Of a DNA stretch of 64,000 bases, positions 10,715 to 23,371 are shown one piece after another. The position numbers were made by a program, and so were the translations under genes. The notes beneath the pieces are model-generated. The model was not told the origin of the DNA. It saw only the letters and a program-made list of their open reading frames with translations, and made no database searches. The DNA comes from Eledone cirrhosa (lineage: Eukaryota), in contig OZ024741.1 in the NCBI GenBank assembly GCA_964016885.1, positions 319,920,001 to 319,984,000 of the forward strand. The letters are read 5' to 3'. Within the stretch, counting starts at the first letter, position 1, and each line of letters opens with the position of its first letter.

Positions 10715-13700
10715 TTTAGCTCCTTTCTTCTTCGAGCGCTTACCTGGAACACCATGGAATTGTTCTACAACACTTCCTCCCTAAAGGACATACCTATACC
10801 TTCGGATGATGTATACATGAACCTTTTACTAAAGCAGACAAATAAGTTCATCAGGAGGATCCGCTGGAGGGCCTACCACTACAACAACAGGAGGGCCCCC
10901 GGATCAAGTGACAATTCCACCAACCACATAAAAAACTCTTTAAATCGACGAAAAACCCACCTCACAACCCACTCCTAGAGGAGTTTGAGGACATGATCAT
11001 TACCATGGTTCGGACCATTAGATTCAGGAAACCACCGCGAAACCCTGACAGAAGTGCATTCCTGTCTGGGCTCGCATCTACTGTAAAAAAGATCAGGAAT
11101 AGCCCAGGCATCATCGTACCAGCCGATAAAAGAGGAAACTTATACAATTTGGAGTACAAAATTTACAACAAATGCATTACAAATGAAATCGCTAAAATAT
11201 ACAAAACATCAACACAGGAAAACATATCACACATAAACAAACAGGCGAAAACAATAATGACGGAACTGAGCATTGATGCAGGACTCATCCCTACAACCCT
11301 AGGACACAGAGACTATCTATTAAAGACCATAAACCGGACTTCCAGTCAAAACTACCAGTCAGACTCATAGCACACTCTAAATCGAACCTAGGTAGACTTA
11401 GCAAATCCTTCATTGACCGGATTATACCTGAACTTAGAAATAGAACTAAACTCAGCCTTTGGTCTGTACAAAGGAGGTAATCGACTGGTTTTGTGGCATC
11501 GAAACTAAGTTGAATGTTCGATTAGTCCAATTGGACATTACAAACTACTACGCATCTATATCCCCAATCATCTTTAACAAGGCACTGATCTCAGCCATGA
11601 ACAGATCAAGCCTCACTAGAAAGAAAGTAGACATCATACGAGTAGCTACGAAAACTTTACTAGAATTTGCCGGTAGATTATGGGAGCGACAGAATAGACC
11701 AGATAGCTTCGACATTACTATGGGATCGACTGACTCCGCGCAGGTTACAGATTTAGTAGGCTTATACCTTCTAAATTTATTAACAGATGAGATCCCCTCC
11801 TTGGGCGGTGGCTTATACCGTGACGATGCCCTACTAATGACCCGTGGACTCAATAATAGCCAATTAGATAAACTACACAAACGATTAGGTACATCTTTAA
11901 GAGCCAAGAATCAGCGGTAGAAATTGAACCTAACAGTAGGACAGTAAACTTTTTAAATGTCACTCTGGAATTAGCTACAGGTCTCTACCGGCCATACCAC
12001 AAACCTAATGAAAATCTTAAATACGTCAACAGACACTCCAACCACCCTAGGAGCATAATTAACTCAATAGTTAAAAGCGTTTCCTATAGCGTGTCCACTC
12101 TGTCGGCTAACAGAACTATCTTCAACCAGCACGCGGAATACTACAACTCCGCACTGGAAAAGGCTGGTTACATTGAGAAGATTTTCTTACAACGACCCAA
12201 ATAGAGCCGTAACGCCGCCAAACATAACCGAACCCTTAGAAACGAACATAGACGAGATCACCACACGTAGAACAAATAATAACCTAAGACCCTCTTTTGC
12301 CGACAGGGCAGGCAGCGTTACACACAACTGTCAAGGAGATAAAGCAATACTTTCCAACCCCAATAAGGACTCCGACTATCGCACACGTTTACGTAGTAAT
12401 AGAGACAAAAGACATAACGCCAATAGACTACTAGGAACCACTATGACACATACGCTGGACCAAAACGCACCCACACTACCTCCTAACCACAAAAACCTCA
12501 CTAAACACCGTAGAACCCGAAGTAGACTTGTCACATGGTACAACGCCCCGTATTCTATACACGCTGCCACCAATATACCGGGAACCTTCTTCAGGGCTCT
12601 TGAACAATCTTTTCCACACACACATAAATACCACAAGCTCTTCAATAGACACACTGTAAAATTCTCTTTCTCCACAGCACCAAATCTAGGCCACACAATA
12701 GCACACACTAATAGAACAAAAATACGCAAACACAAGGTTGCCCCACAACAAACCACTACCACAACCCAGAACGAAACCACATACACAACACAACACAACA
12801 AGCCACATGCCAGCTCAACACAGCATGCCAGCAGCTGGCAACGTGCCACCACACCGGTAACACCCAATTGCAACTGCAAAAAACGGACTGAATGCCCACT
12901 AAACGGGGAGTGCCTCTTTAAAAACATTGTTTACCGGTGTGATGTCACAGCTGGCGATAAAGAGTACTCATATATAGGTGCGACCTCCACTACGTTTAAG
13001 GAGCGCTGGTATAACCATAGCAGCTCCTTTAAACATAGGCTGAAACGATCCCAAACTAGACTGGCCGATTTGATTTGGGACCTCAAGGACAGGAACATCG
13101 AATCCCAGATCACATTGTCAGTCAAAAGACGCGTGGCGCAACTCCCCAGTGACAGGAACCACTGCAGGTTATGCCTGGCTGAGGCGGCAGAGATAATTAA
13201 ATTAAAATCTGCCATAAACTATAGGTCGGACATAATTATCAATTGCAGACACACCAGATCGAACACATTTTCTGCACAAACATTCGGCGGAGGGCCGGAC
13301 ACTAACCATAACCCAACATAATAATAACCACCTTTGCCCCGTCTCACCATCCCTCATCTCAGTGAATTTATTTTATTGCATGTAACCCTTTGTAAGCTCA
13401 TATTTTGTATATCATGCCGCATATACCACTCCACCAAAAGTCACATCGCCATACACCCCTCAACTTTGTAACATTGTGTTCTATCTGTCCTCTCTGTCAG
13501 GTTTTACCTTTTAATCCATAGTAACATCTGATCCTGTAAATATAATGTCGATCATATCACCCCATCGCCACCACCACCACCACACACATCGCTATATGTC
13601 TACCATCCCACACCCGTAACCTTATTCCCCCATGTTCCCTCTGTCTGCCTTAACCTACAACCGCTCCTAAAATTTGATCCTGTAAATGTACTGTCGCACA

Positions 13701-14945
13701 CACCACTACCGCCACCACTAGATACATCTCCATACTTCAACAATCATTAACATCATTAACATCACAAACACATATCAACCCTCACTCCCAAAACGACTGT
13801 GTTGTATCTGCCCTCTCTGTCAGCTTTACCCTGTAACCCACCGTAACATCTGATCATGTAAATATATTGTTGAACATGTCACCCCACCACCATTACCACC
13901 ACCATGACCACACACATCGCTATACGTCCACAAACTTTTCCCCCGTATTCCCTATGTCACTTTTCAACCTGTAACCCATCGAATTATTCGGTCCTGTATA
14001 TCTTTGACGCTCACAACTCCCCCACCGCCACCACAAGGCACAACTCCATACCTCAACATTCATTAACATCATTAACATCGTGAACACATACCTTCCCTCC
14101 TGAACTAACGCAAGTGTGTGTGTCTGTGTGTAAGTATATTTATATGTACAACGCCATCTCCATCGGCCCTCCCCCTCCATCTATCTATGTACTACGCCAC
14201 CCCCACTGACACTCCCCCCTCTCTATATATATACACACGCGCGCATGCATATATCTGTATATATGTATATAAATGTATATATATGTGGGTGTATGTGTAT
14301 GTATATATGTGGATATATATGTGTGTATGTGTATATATGTCAGTATATATAAGTATACAACGTTTTTGTCAGACTAAGAGTGTCTAGCTATGTATCTCCC
14401 CATTGATTTGACACCACCAACACATCCACCACACCACCATAAACACCATTACCATAAACAACACCACACCCACACCACACACAATAATCAGCCACAAATA
14501 TACGCCAATCTGTCTACCGACAATCCACTACCCCCACACACACAGCCCATCTCAACCTGAGACAATCACCACCATCTTATCATCACATCCACCCCACATT
14601 GACTACAGGCGAAAGACAATCCCCCCACACCACAGGCCATCCCAGCCAGCGACCGTCACCAACATCTTATCATCGCATCCACCCCCACATACACCACAGG
14701 CGAAAACATCCCTATGATCTATTCCACCAATCAAAACAAGCCTTATTAACCAACATATGAACTTCTGACTTTATCATATAGCATGTATTCATTTTCTACT
14801 AGCATTTTAAAGGGCCCGTCGAGCTGCCGATTATAGAGTCGGGTAAGATCGATACAGATCAAAACTTGAGCTGATCAGTGGCGAAACGCGCGTCACCTAC
14901 CAATAAATGTAATGAAGGAGTAACCAATCGTCCTTGTTATCCTTT

Positions 14946-14948
<3 letters not shown>
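10715..14948 (+). mobile_element. Penelope-like retroelement of the Naiad type, near full length, flanked by (TA)n on both sides
   Basis: Coding region below, then a long 3' UTR with an about 320-bp imperfect duplication (about 13490-14090), a degenerate hammerhead-like end (GAAACGCGCGTC at 14883-14894) and AATAAA near 14902. Confidence 0.88.
10754..13321 (+). pseudogene. Naiad-type RT + GIY-YIG endonuclease polyprotein, frameshifted
   Basis: Successive ORFs give SLKDIPIPS..KFIRRIRWRA, VPADK..NLY, QLDITNYYASIS, MGSTDSAQVTDLVGLYLL, GLYRDD, WYNAPYS, CNCKKRTECPLNGECL, IVY..YIG, and CRLCLAE..NCRH. Confidence 0.9.
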
Positions 14949-15020
<72 letters not shown>

Positions 15021-15021
<1 letters not shown>

Positions 15022-16245
15022 CGAAGGAAATGTGGTAAGGAACCAGGTGGACCATAACGCACCAAAGTACTCAATACTTAGGGTAGTAGAGTGGGTAATA
15101 GGAACCAGTAAGACCTCGACAGCTGAGCTCAAGCCGTTTCGACGGCTAATTCTGGACTAAATGAAAATTTATCCTGGTATATAAATAGCCGAGCTTCTCA
15201 AGGGGTAATTCCATATATGGTCAAAGTGATTGTCACAAGGATTGGTCACAAATTAGTAGTAATTCTGTGATGGCAAATTAGTGGAGGAGAGGGTGGCTAA
15301 ACCTGCCAGTAGGAGAAAAAGGGGAGGGGGTGGAGTAGACCCAATCATGCGTTGGTAGTGCCGGCTACAGCTGGGCATGAGGTCAAAGAAGATACTAGGG
15401 AGGGGGAGGAAGTCGAAACGGTAAGTAGAACAATGAAGGGTAAAAATATATATATGAAAAAAAAAAAAAATACTGAGAGTGATAAAAAGCGAATAAATGT
15501 AAAGAAAAAAATATAAGCAATTTCTACGACCTAAGTCTCTAGCTATTGCTAGGCTAGATAAATAAATAAATAAAGAAATAAATAAAGAAAGAAATAAAGA
15601 AATAAAGAAATAAAGAAAGAAATAAAGAAAGAAATAAAGAAATAAAGAAATAAAGAAATAAAGAAATAAGTAAATAAACTAGGTGGGACGGAATAGGAAA
15701 GGACCCTTTTAAGAGGTATAAGTACGTATATCATACGGTGACGGGTCAACAATGGGGGCCAAAATACTAAAGGAACTACCACGAAATAATTAATAAAGGT
15801 TTCTACCCCGGGCACAAGGCCAGCAACCATCCAGTGCAGATTACATTTATTCGCTTTTTATCACTCTCAGTATTTTTTTTTCTTTTTTTTTTCATATATA
15901 TATTTTTACCCTTCATTGTTCTACTTACCGTTTCGACTTCCTCCCCCTCCCTAGTATCTTCTTTGACCTCACGCCCAGCTGTAGCCGGCACTACCAACGC
16001 ATGATTGGGTCTACTCCACCCCTCCCCTTTTTCTCCTACTGGCAGGTTTAGCCACCCTCTCCCCCACCAATTTGCCATCACAGAATTACTACTAACTTGT
16101 GACCAATCCTTGTGACAATCACTTTGACCATATATGGAATTACCCCTTGAGAAGCTCGGCTATCTATATACCAGGATAAATTTTCATTTAGTCCAGAATT
16201 AGCCGTCGAAACGGCTTGAGCTCAGCTGTCGGGGTCTTACTGGTT

Positions 16246-16250
<5 letters not shown>
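15021..16250. mobile_element. Non-coding fold-back element (pseudo-LTR-like) between TA tracts; inverted arms 15098-15502 / 15841-16250
   Basis: The arms are reverse complements with few mismatches. The same terminus recurs at 61791-61950, and the arms carry a hammerhead fold. Confidence 0.8.
16142..16235 (+). ncRNA. Type I hammerhead ribozyme, U3-A8 core variant (mirror copy on - strand at about 15113-15206)
   Basis: ACCCC-TTGAGAA-GCTCGGCTA...TAGCCGTC-GAAA-CGGC ttgagctca GCTG-TC-GGGGT: all three stems pair, with a GUC cleavage triplet. Confidence 0.72.
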
Positions 16251-16286
<36 letters not shown>

Positions 16287-16803
16287 AAAATTAAGATAAT
16301 CAAAATGCGGGTGATATGGCGCATGTCTTTCTGGCATGACACCCATAATTTTTATTATCTTAATTTTGGATATAGATATATAAATACGGCTCCTTAATTG
16401 TAAAGCTAACTCTGTTGAAAGGATTTGACTGCTGTTTCTAGTTGTCGATAACCCTATTCACGCCACTGTGACGAAGCTGGTATTATGTGTGTATTTCTAG
16501 TAGATACAGCACGTATTGCTGACCAGTCGCTGATTTGAACTTGAAGTGTAAACATAGATCGCTGGACTTCTTCCTTGTTGAAAATCCAAGTACCGGCCTC
16601 CATGGTTTACCAATCGATTAATTGGTGAAATATATTTCTTTAATGGAATATATACAGGGAAGATTAATCATATTATAAGGTATCTATTTTTGAAGTTCTG
16701 GTTACCTTTATTTAGTTACCTACCTAGCTATGTGTGCTTACACACTTGTAAAAATTATCTCCTGTGATTATTCATGTTTATTTATATGTTAATCAATTTC
16801 TAG

Positions 16804-16838
<35 letters not shown>

Positions 16839-16884
16839 AGAAGGTTATAGTTCACTTGAAGCATTGTGTAATGAGGTATAAACG

Positions 16885-17368
16885 TTGTATATGTATAATA
16901 AAGCCAAAACAATACAGGTATGGACATAGAATAAAGAATGCAAATGCAAAAGATATTGTTGACAATTAGTCTTTTACCTTAGATTTATTTAAATGTCCTT
17001 AATTTTCGAGATAATATCTCTTCTTCAGAGGGATGTAAAGCTGTCAAACCAGTGTTCTAAATAGCTTGCCAAGTCATGCTGACAGGAAATGGTATAGCGT
17101 ATCTGTTCTATCTCTAATGTCAAAGAGAGATGTCATTAGAGATAGAACAGATACTCTATACCATTTCCTGTCAGCATGACTTGGCAAGCTATTTAGAACA
17201 CTGGTTTGACAGCTTTACTTCCCTCTGAAGAAGAGATATTATCTCGAAAATTAAGGACATTTAAATAAATCTAAGGTAAAAGACTAATTATCAACAATAT
17301 CTTTTGCATTTGTATTCTTTATTCTATGTCCATACCTGCATTGTTTTGGCTTTATTATACATATGCAA
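16885..17368. repeat. Fold-back of about 235-bp arms (16885-17119 / 17134-17368) between TA tracts, with a minimal hammerhead
   Basis: Reverse-complement arms; CTGAAGA-A-GAGAT att ATCTC-GAAA-AT-TA at 17225-17253. Confidence 0.8.
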
Positions 17369-17392
17369 ACGTACATATATATATATATATAT

Positions 17393-17423
<31 letters not shown>

Positions 17424-17440
17424 TTAAAATAACAGAATAA

Positions 17441-17491
17441 AGTTTAAGCAAAGAATGGGTGCTTTCACCCTTAACGGGATCTTCTGAAACT
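17441..17491 (-). ncRNA. Hammerhead-like fold with a CAGAAGA core (further copies at 18127-18190 on - and 18194-18258 on +)
   Basis: AGTTT-CAGAAGA-TCCC gttaa GGGT-GAAA-GCA...TGC-TT-AAACT: 5-bp stem I, non-canonical A at position 4. Confidence 0.5.
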
Positions 17492-18696
17492 AAAAAAAAT
17501 CAATCTGTGAACGCAGAAATAAATATTTCAAAAAACGTTGCAACCGAAGGAAGACAGGAAGACGATACTTTGGTTTGTGGAAACGTTCCCTGGCGAAGAA
17601 CGGATAAAGACAAAGATAATACGTCATAATTTGGTGCGGTGAAAATAATTACACGCAAAGACAAAACCACGTATATGGTATAACTGAAGTCGTAGACTAA
17701 TATTCTATTAGGAAACCGAATGATTCCCGGCTTCTGAGTTAAGAATAAAGTAAATAAATTACAGAGGTAATTGAAATTAAATATATACATGCACGCAATC
17801 ATATATGTACATATACAAGCATACGCGAAAACACCCGCAATGGGTATGCCAATACAAGCACGTACACAAAAAACAAACAAAAGAAAAAATACGCGCGCAC
17901 ATACAGACCCCACGCAACGCCTGTACCCGCACGCATACGAACGTATACATCAAATACACATAAAAATATATATAAAAAAATTGTAATAATAATAAATTTG
18001 AAGACTAAAATCCAAAGAGGGCTCGATAAGGATAAATATATATCAAATATATAAGAACCGTAGAGCAAATATTAATTAAAATGCACTGGATAATTGCTGG
18101 CCTTGTGCCTAAAGTAGAAACAATTAATTAAAATAACAGATTAAGTTTAAGCAAATAATCACTGCTTTCACCCTTAACGGGATCTTCTGAATCTCAGAAG
18201 ATCCCGTTAAGGGTGAAAGCACCGATTCTTTGCTTAAACTTTAATCTGTTATTTTAATTAATATAAATATATATATATATATATGTGTGTGTGTGAGTGT
18301 GCGAGTATACATATAATTATATAAACGTATAGAAATATACACACATAAATACGTATAAACGCGCTCACGCACATACCACCTGTAAATACACATATGTACG
18401 CAGAGGTACGTCAACCAAAACACGAAGTACACATATACACATACCCTACATACGTACGAACCCGCATACTCACACAGATGCAAAACTCACGTATACGCAT
18501 AACCATATGCACATGTACCAGTATATATGATATATACGCCATAACATATATAAGCAAATATACGTACGAGAAAGTATACGTACCTTCACAAAACATACAG
18601 GTAAAATATACTTACCTATACAAATAAGTAATGGTATAAACATAACATATACTTAGCTACCACATCAAGACGTAAAATATTCGCGTATAGTTCGTA

Positions 18697-19430
18697 CTAT
18701 CCGTTAGGGTATAATGTGGGGCTGTAATACAGGAAAGTTTTGTGCAATTTATGTTTACAAGCCGAAATTGCCTCAGATTTTTTGTTTAAGATGTTGTCTT
18801 TGGCGTAGAGTATTTCCAGGGCCTCAGCGGCGCAGAGGTCACATGGTCTTTTATTTCCGTTATACGATCTAGCCCTAGCTAGGATCTCCCAGTGTAACTT
18901 ATATTAGGTGTGGTTGTCTTTTAGATTCCAGATATAAGCTGAAAGTGACGTCATATTCCTTCTTAAAGGGTTAAGAAAAGAATGGGTATGCATGTAAAGA
19001 CGCTGCTTGAATCTATTGGCGGTTAACCCTATGTAGGCCCTACGGGACGTGGGTGTTTCAACCTTACATTTGTAGACAATGTTATTAGAGAGGCATTTCC
19101 CTGATAGGGGGCAGTCAACCCGATTCCTACAATTACAGCTAGTACTAGCTACAGGGTTGCACGTGTTTCTACGGCTAGGTAATTTAGCTAAATTTGAAGC
19201 TGTGATGTTATGTGCCAGGTTAGGAGTCGTAGAGTATGAAATTGGTATTTCTATTAATTGGTATTTCTATTAAAAATGTGACTATATTTATGTGGTGGGG
19301 GGAAATGCTTCATAATAAGGGAGAGAAAGATCTTAGCTAATGGTGTGACTACCTCCATATTATATGGTGGGTTATACCTTATAATGCGTCGGGATCTATT
19401 TTCCTAGGTCTATTCTCGTACTTTGTATAA
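18697..19430 (-). pseudogene. 3' fragment of a second Naiad-type Penelope ORF (Cys-rich linker + GIY-YIG)
   Basis: Hand translation: YNPPYN...SCNCRNRVDCPLSGKCLSNNIVYKC...AYIGLTANRFKQR...CDLCAAE...ACKH. It has an internal TAA and a probable frameshift. Confidence 0.85.
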
Positions 19431-19542
19431 GCTACCTTTATACATATACATACATATTGTATATATGCAAACACACCCGATGTATTATTGTAGTTGATTA
19501 AGAAAAGCAACAAACTATGGTTCAAAACAAGACGGCAGCAAA

Positions 19543-19647
<105 letters not shown>

Positions 19648-19834
19648 CATATATACATACATATACTAAGACATTTCAAGAAGAACTAAATACAGCAAGA
19701 TCAACAGCCAAAGCAACAATCACTACTATCACCACATCAACCAGAATAATAGCGGCACCAGCACATTACATGAAACATTAAATGGAGTCCACAAAAATAT
19801 CAGATCATTAGTAGCATATATATAATGGTTTCTT

Positions 19835-20045
19835 ATATAGGCACAAGGCCAGCAATTTTGGGGGAGGTAAAAATCGTGACTGGTACTTTATTTTATCGAC
19901 CCCGTAAGGATGAAAGGTAAAGTTAACTTCGGCGTGATTTGAACTCAAATCATAAAGGGCCGATCATAAAGGGCAGATAATAAAGAGCCGATGCTGCAAA
20001 GCATGTCACTCGACCCTCTACCGATACTGTCAATCCACCGCCCTA
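19835..20045 (-). mobile_element. tRNA-derived SINE (most abundant family in the window)
   Basis: Shared core gagttcaaat..ccgaggttaactttgcctttcatcctt..gggtcgataaaataaagtaccagt..ctggccttgtgcc. Confidence 0.8.
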
Positions 20046-20104
20046 ATCTTATAAAATAAAGTTATAGTTCCTGTCTGTTTGTTCACGGAGTCTGAACATT
20101 TTGG

Positions 20105-20141
<37 letters not shown>

Positions 20142-20819
20142 GCTGCGGTCTTGTTTTGAACCATAGTTTGTTGCTTTTCTTAATCAACTACAATAATACA
20201 TCGGGTGTGTTTGCATATATACAATATGTATGTATATGTATAAAGGTAACTTGAGTATTGGAACCTCCATTATCACGGGGTTTTTCTATTAATTAAACGT
20301 AAATTAACAAAAAAGCACCTCTCTTTTATAGTAAAATAGCAGAGTACTTTATTTCATTTTAATCAAAGGGTTCCCCGGAGGCACAAACCCCCGCTGAAAA
20401 ATTTCTTCCTTCGATTTATATGAAATTTTAACCATAGGTAAATGACAAGATATAATGCCTATTCACAAACTTTCAGCAAATTTCAATAATATTAAGACAC
20501 CCTAATGGGGATTAAACCCCCTATAGTGAACATTTTGTAAACCCATAACTTGAGTATTGGAACCTCTATTATCACGGGTTTTCTATTAATTTAACGTAAA
20601 TCAACAAAAAAGTACCTCTCTTTTATAGTAATTTAGACATTTTATCTATGGCAAAACACTGGAATTATGACAACAAAAATTATTAGTTAATGCCTCTACT
20701 TTTTTAACATTATCCCTTTATTTTTTCTCCATAAATTATATCACTGATTTAAAATCAATCATCATTTTCTTACAAAAGAAATGTGGGAAACGCAGTAAGG
20801 CTCGGGTAATTCGGCTAGT
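20046..20819 (+). mobile_element. Probable non-autonomous Helitron-like element
   Basis: 5' TCttataaaataaag start and a GC-rich subterminal stretch ending in CTAG-T at 20815-20819; internal direct duplication 20247-20335 / 20547-20630. Confidence 0.55.
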
Positions 20820-21611
20820 ATCATATATATAATAGCAAAGAATAACCTCTGGATTCATCTTTCTTTCTCATTTGAGTCCACTTTCTCCTGTGTTCTAGGT
20901 GACCCCCTCCTACTTCTAGGCCTTAATTGAATTCCAGCTACACAGGACTACGGAATTGTACAACTTGTTAGTGTAAGTGTGGGCGCCCGCTCTTCGGCTT
21001 TGGGGACTGATAGCAAGATGAACACTTTGATCCCTCGCGGAGTCGGAGATAGTGCTGCTTGCTCTCTTGTTACAAGATAATAGTGAGGCAATACCGTTGT
21101 GATAAGTAATTGTTGTATCTGCTCAGCTTCTGGTACCAAGCATGAGGTGACCTATTCTGTAACTTATTGTGCTCTGAAGACTGGTATCTGCTGCTGTTGA
21201 CGCCTTTTAATAATTTTTTATTTCCTTCAGTTCTTCAAAATAAAGAAAAGGCTTCAAATACCTCTAGTCTCAAAAGGCATTTCACTTCTGTCCGTATTGG
21301 GATACAGTTCGCTTATGGCATTGTGATTTTCTGGGGATATCAGGTCTTGTAAGTCTATTCTGGCCACTCCTAACCACATATCGCTTTCAAGCATCGTCGT
21401 CTTGAAATTATCTTTAAAATTTCCCATACCATCCACCGGGTAACCATTTCAAGAATTCTGAATAGACTTATGATATCGTCTGTAACAGAAGTAAAAGGTA
21501 AATTGCGGAGAATTGATTGTTGTTATTCTTATGCGAATGTTGCTGTTGTTTTTGCTTTTGTACTTGCGGTTGCCATTGAGATAGTTGTTTATCTGGTTTT
21601 GTTGTTGTTGT

Positions 21612-21642
<31 letters not shown>

Positions 21643-23371
21643 AATCTTGTTCTTGACCAGTTGGATGATTCGTGTGTTTCGCGACGCTCATTTTGTTATT
21701 TGTGTCAGACAGTGGGCTGTCTAACGTTTGAGACTTGTAGTTACGATACGACTGTGGTTTCCTCTGAACCATACCTCTTAGGCTATTCCCGTGTATATTT
21801 GGAACTTGTTCTTGCGTGTTTCTGTTAACCTGTCTTGGTGGGTAGTTCAATGTGGACTCCGGTAATATATATATTTGTGTGCATGCGTCTTGAGATATTG
21901 TATACAGAACATTTACACATTTTGCACTTTATGGATAATTATGAACATGTACGAGATAGATTCTTAATAATTATAAAGAAAGTAATGGCCACCAATAAAA
22001 TGTCTAAAGATAATTCCCTTGACAACCGTTCAATCATTCTCTGCTAGTAATCTATAAATTGTTTTCCAAGTATTATCAAAAAGAATGATTGATAATTTAG
22101 AAACAAACGATTGAATTCCTGTAGATAATGAGTGTATACAAAGACTAGCTTCTTATTAAAAAGAGGGTATTGAAATGACGTGAACAAATGAAATATGAAT
22201 TAATTGAATACAAGAAGCTTTTGGATTGATGCCGCTTGATTGGCTCAACAAAATACTGTAAATCCTGACATTTGATGATACTACAGTGAACCTCTTTAAA
22301 ACTGTAAAGAACTGACAAACAGATCTCAGGGCCTCCAACAACATTGAGTACCTCTGTCATAGGAATATCTATTGAGATATTGCAAATTGATAACTCACTA
22401 GTCATTAATTTACTGTTTCTTGCGTTTCAGTTGGCCAATACAAAATCTAGTTTAGGTGATTGTTTACTGAAAATAGTGATATGTCCTTAGATTTGGAAAA
22501 TTGCAAAATGATGTAAAATAATATAAAATTCTGATCAACCTAATTGAATGGCGAAAACTCGTCTGTGATTAATATATCTATACATCTATAATATCAGCCA
22601 TAATATATAGTTTTATTGAATTAGACTGGAAAGTACTGTGCATATATAGAATAGACTGCTCGGAATCGTCTAATATATATCACTATTGCACAATGCAGTT
22701 TTAAATCTAATAATTATATGTGAAGATGACAGGCAACTACTCAGCTGTCAGAGAATAGTTCAAGAAGTAGCTATCAGAATTGCTTTCTATCTGTTCTACC
22801 TATCTTCATTGACTCTGAGCGTACGAAAAATGATAAATCGATTATTTACAAAGCAGCAACATTCTCTTCCAGAATCAAATTAGATTTCAAAACTATAAAA
22901 TATAAAACAAAATCAGCATACTAATATCACACAAAACTACCATAAAATATTCTCTTACATAAAACCAATACACCCACGAACTGAATCTACCACAGCAGGA
23001 GCAGCAATTGGTATTCAAGAACAAGCTATAACCATATGATACGCTCATGTATTATGCTTCTATAATTCGTAAGATATTTGTGATGAATATTTTATTAAAC
23101 AGTACATCACCTTGCAACAAGATGTCTAACACTACCTTCTAACGAATATAAGTGAAGACGTCACAATGCAGTGAAACTTCTCTAGACACGGCTAGCTCTT
23201 TAGTTTTAATTCTATAGTAAACAGCTAAAGAATTGTTTATCTTACAAATCGACAGGGAAAAGATATTTCAAAGTTTTCGCATCTCAAAAGATCTCTAAAT
23301 AATACTTAATAACTTACCTTGGATAATATATTATCGTCTATAGAATAAAAATAGTTGCAGGTAAAAATCAT

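Noticed and set aside
14871-14894. CTGATCA-GTGGC-GAAACGCGCGTC as an intact hammerhead
   Set aside because: The core deviates and stem I does not pair; kept only as a degenerate remnant.
20900-23300. Possible ancient hAT transposase remnants on the - strand
   Set aside because: Only faint motif resemblance; no TIRs or sustained frame that I can support.
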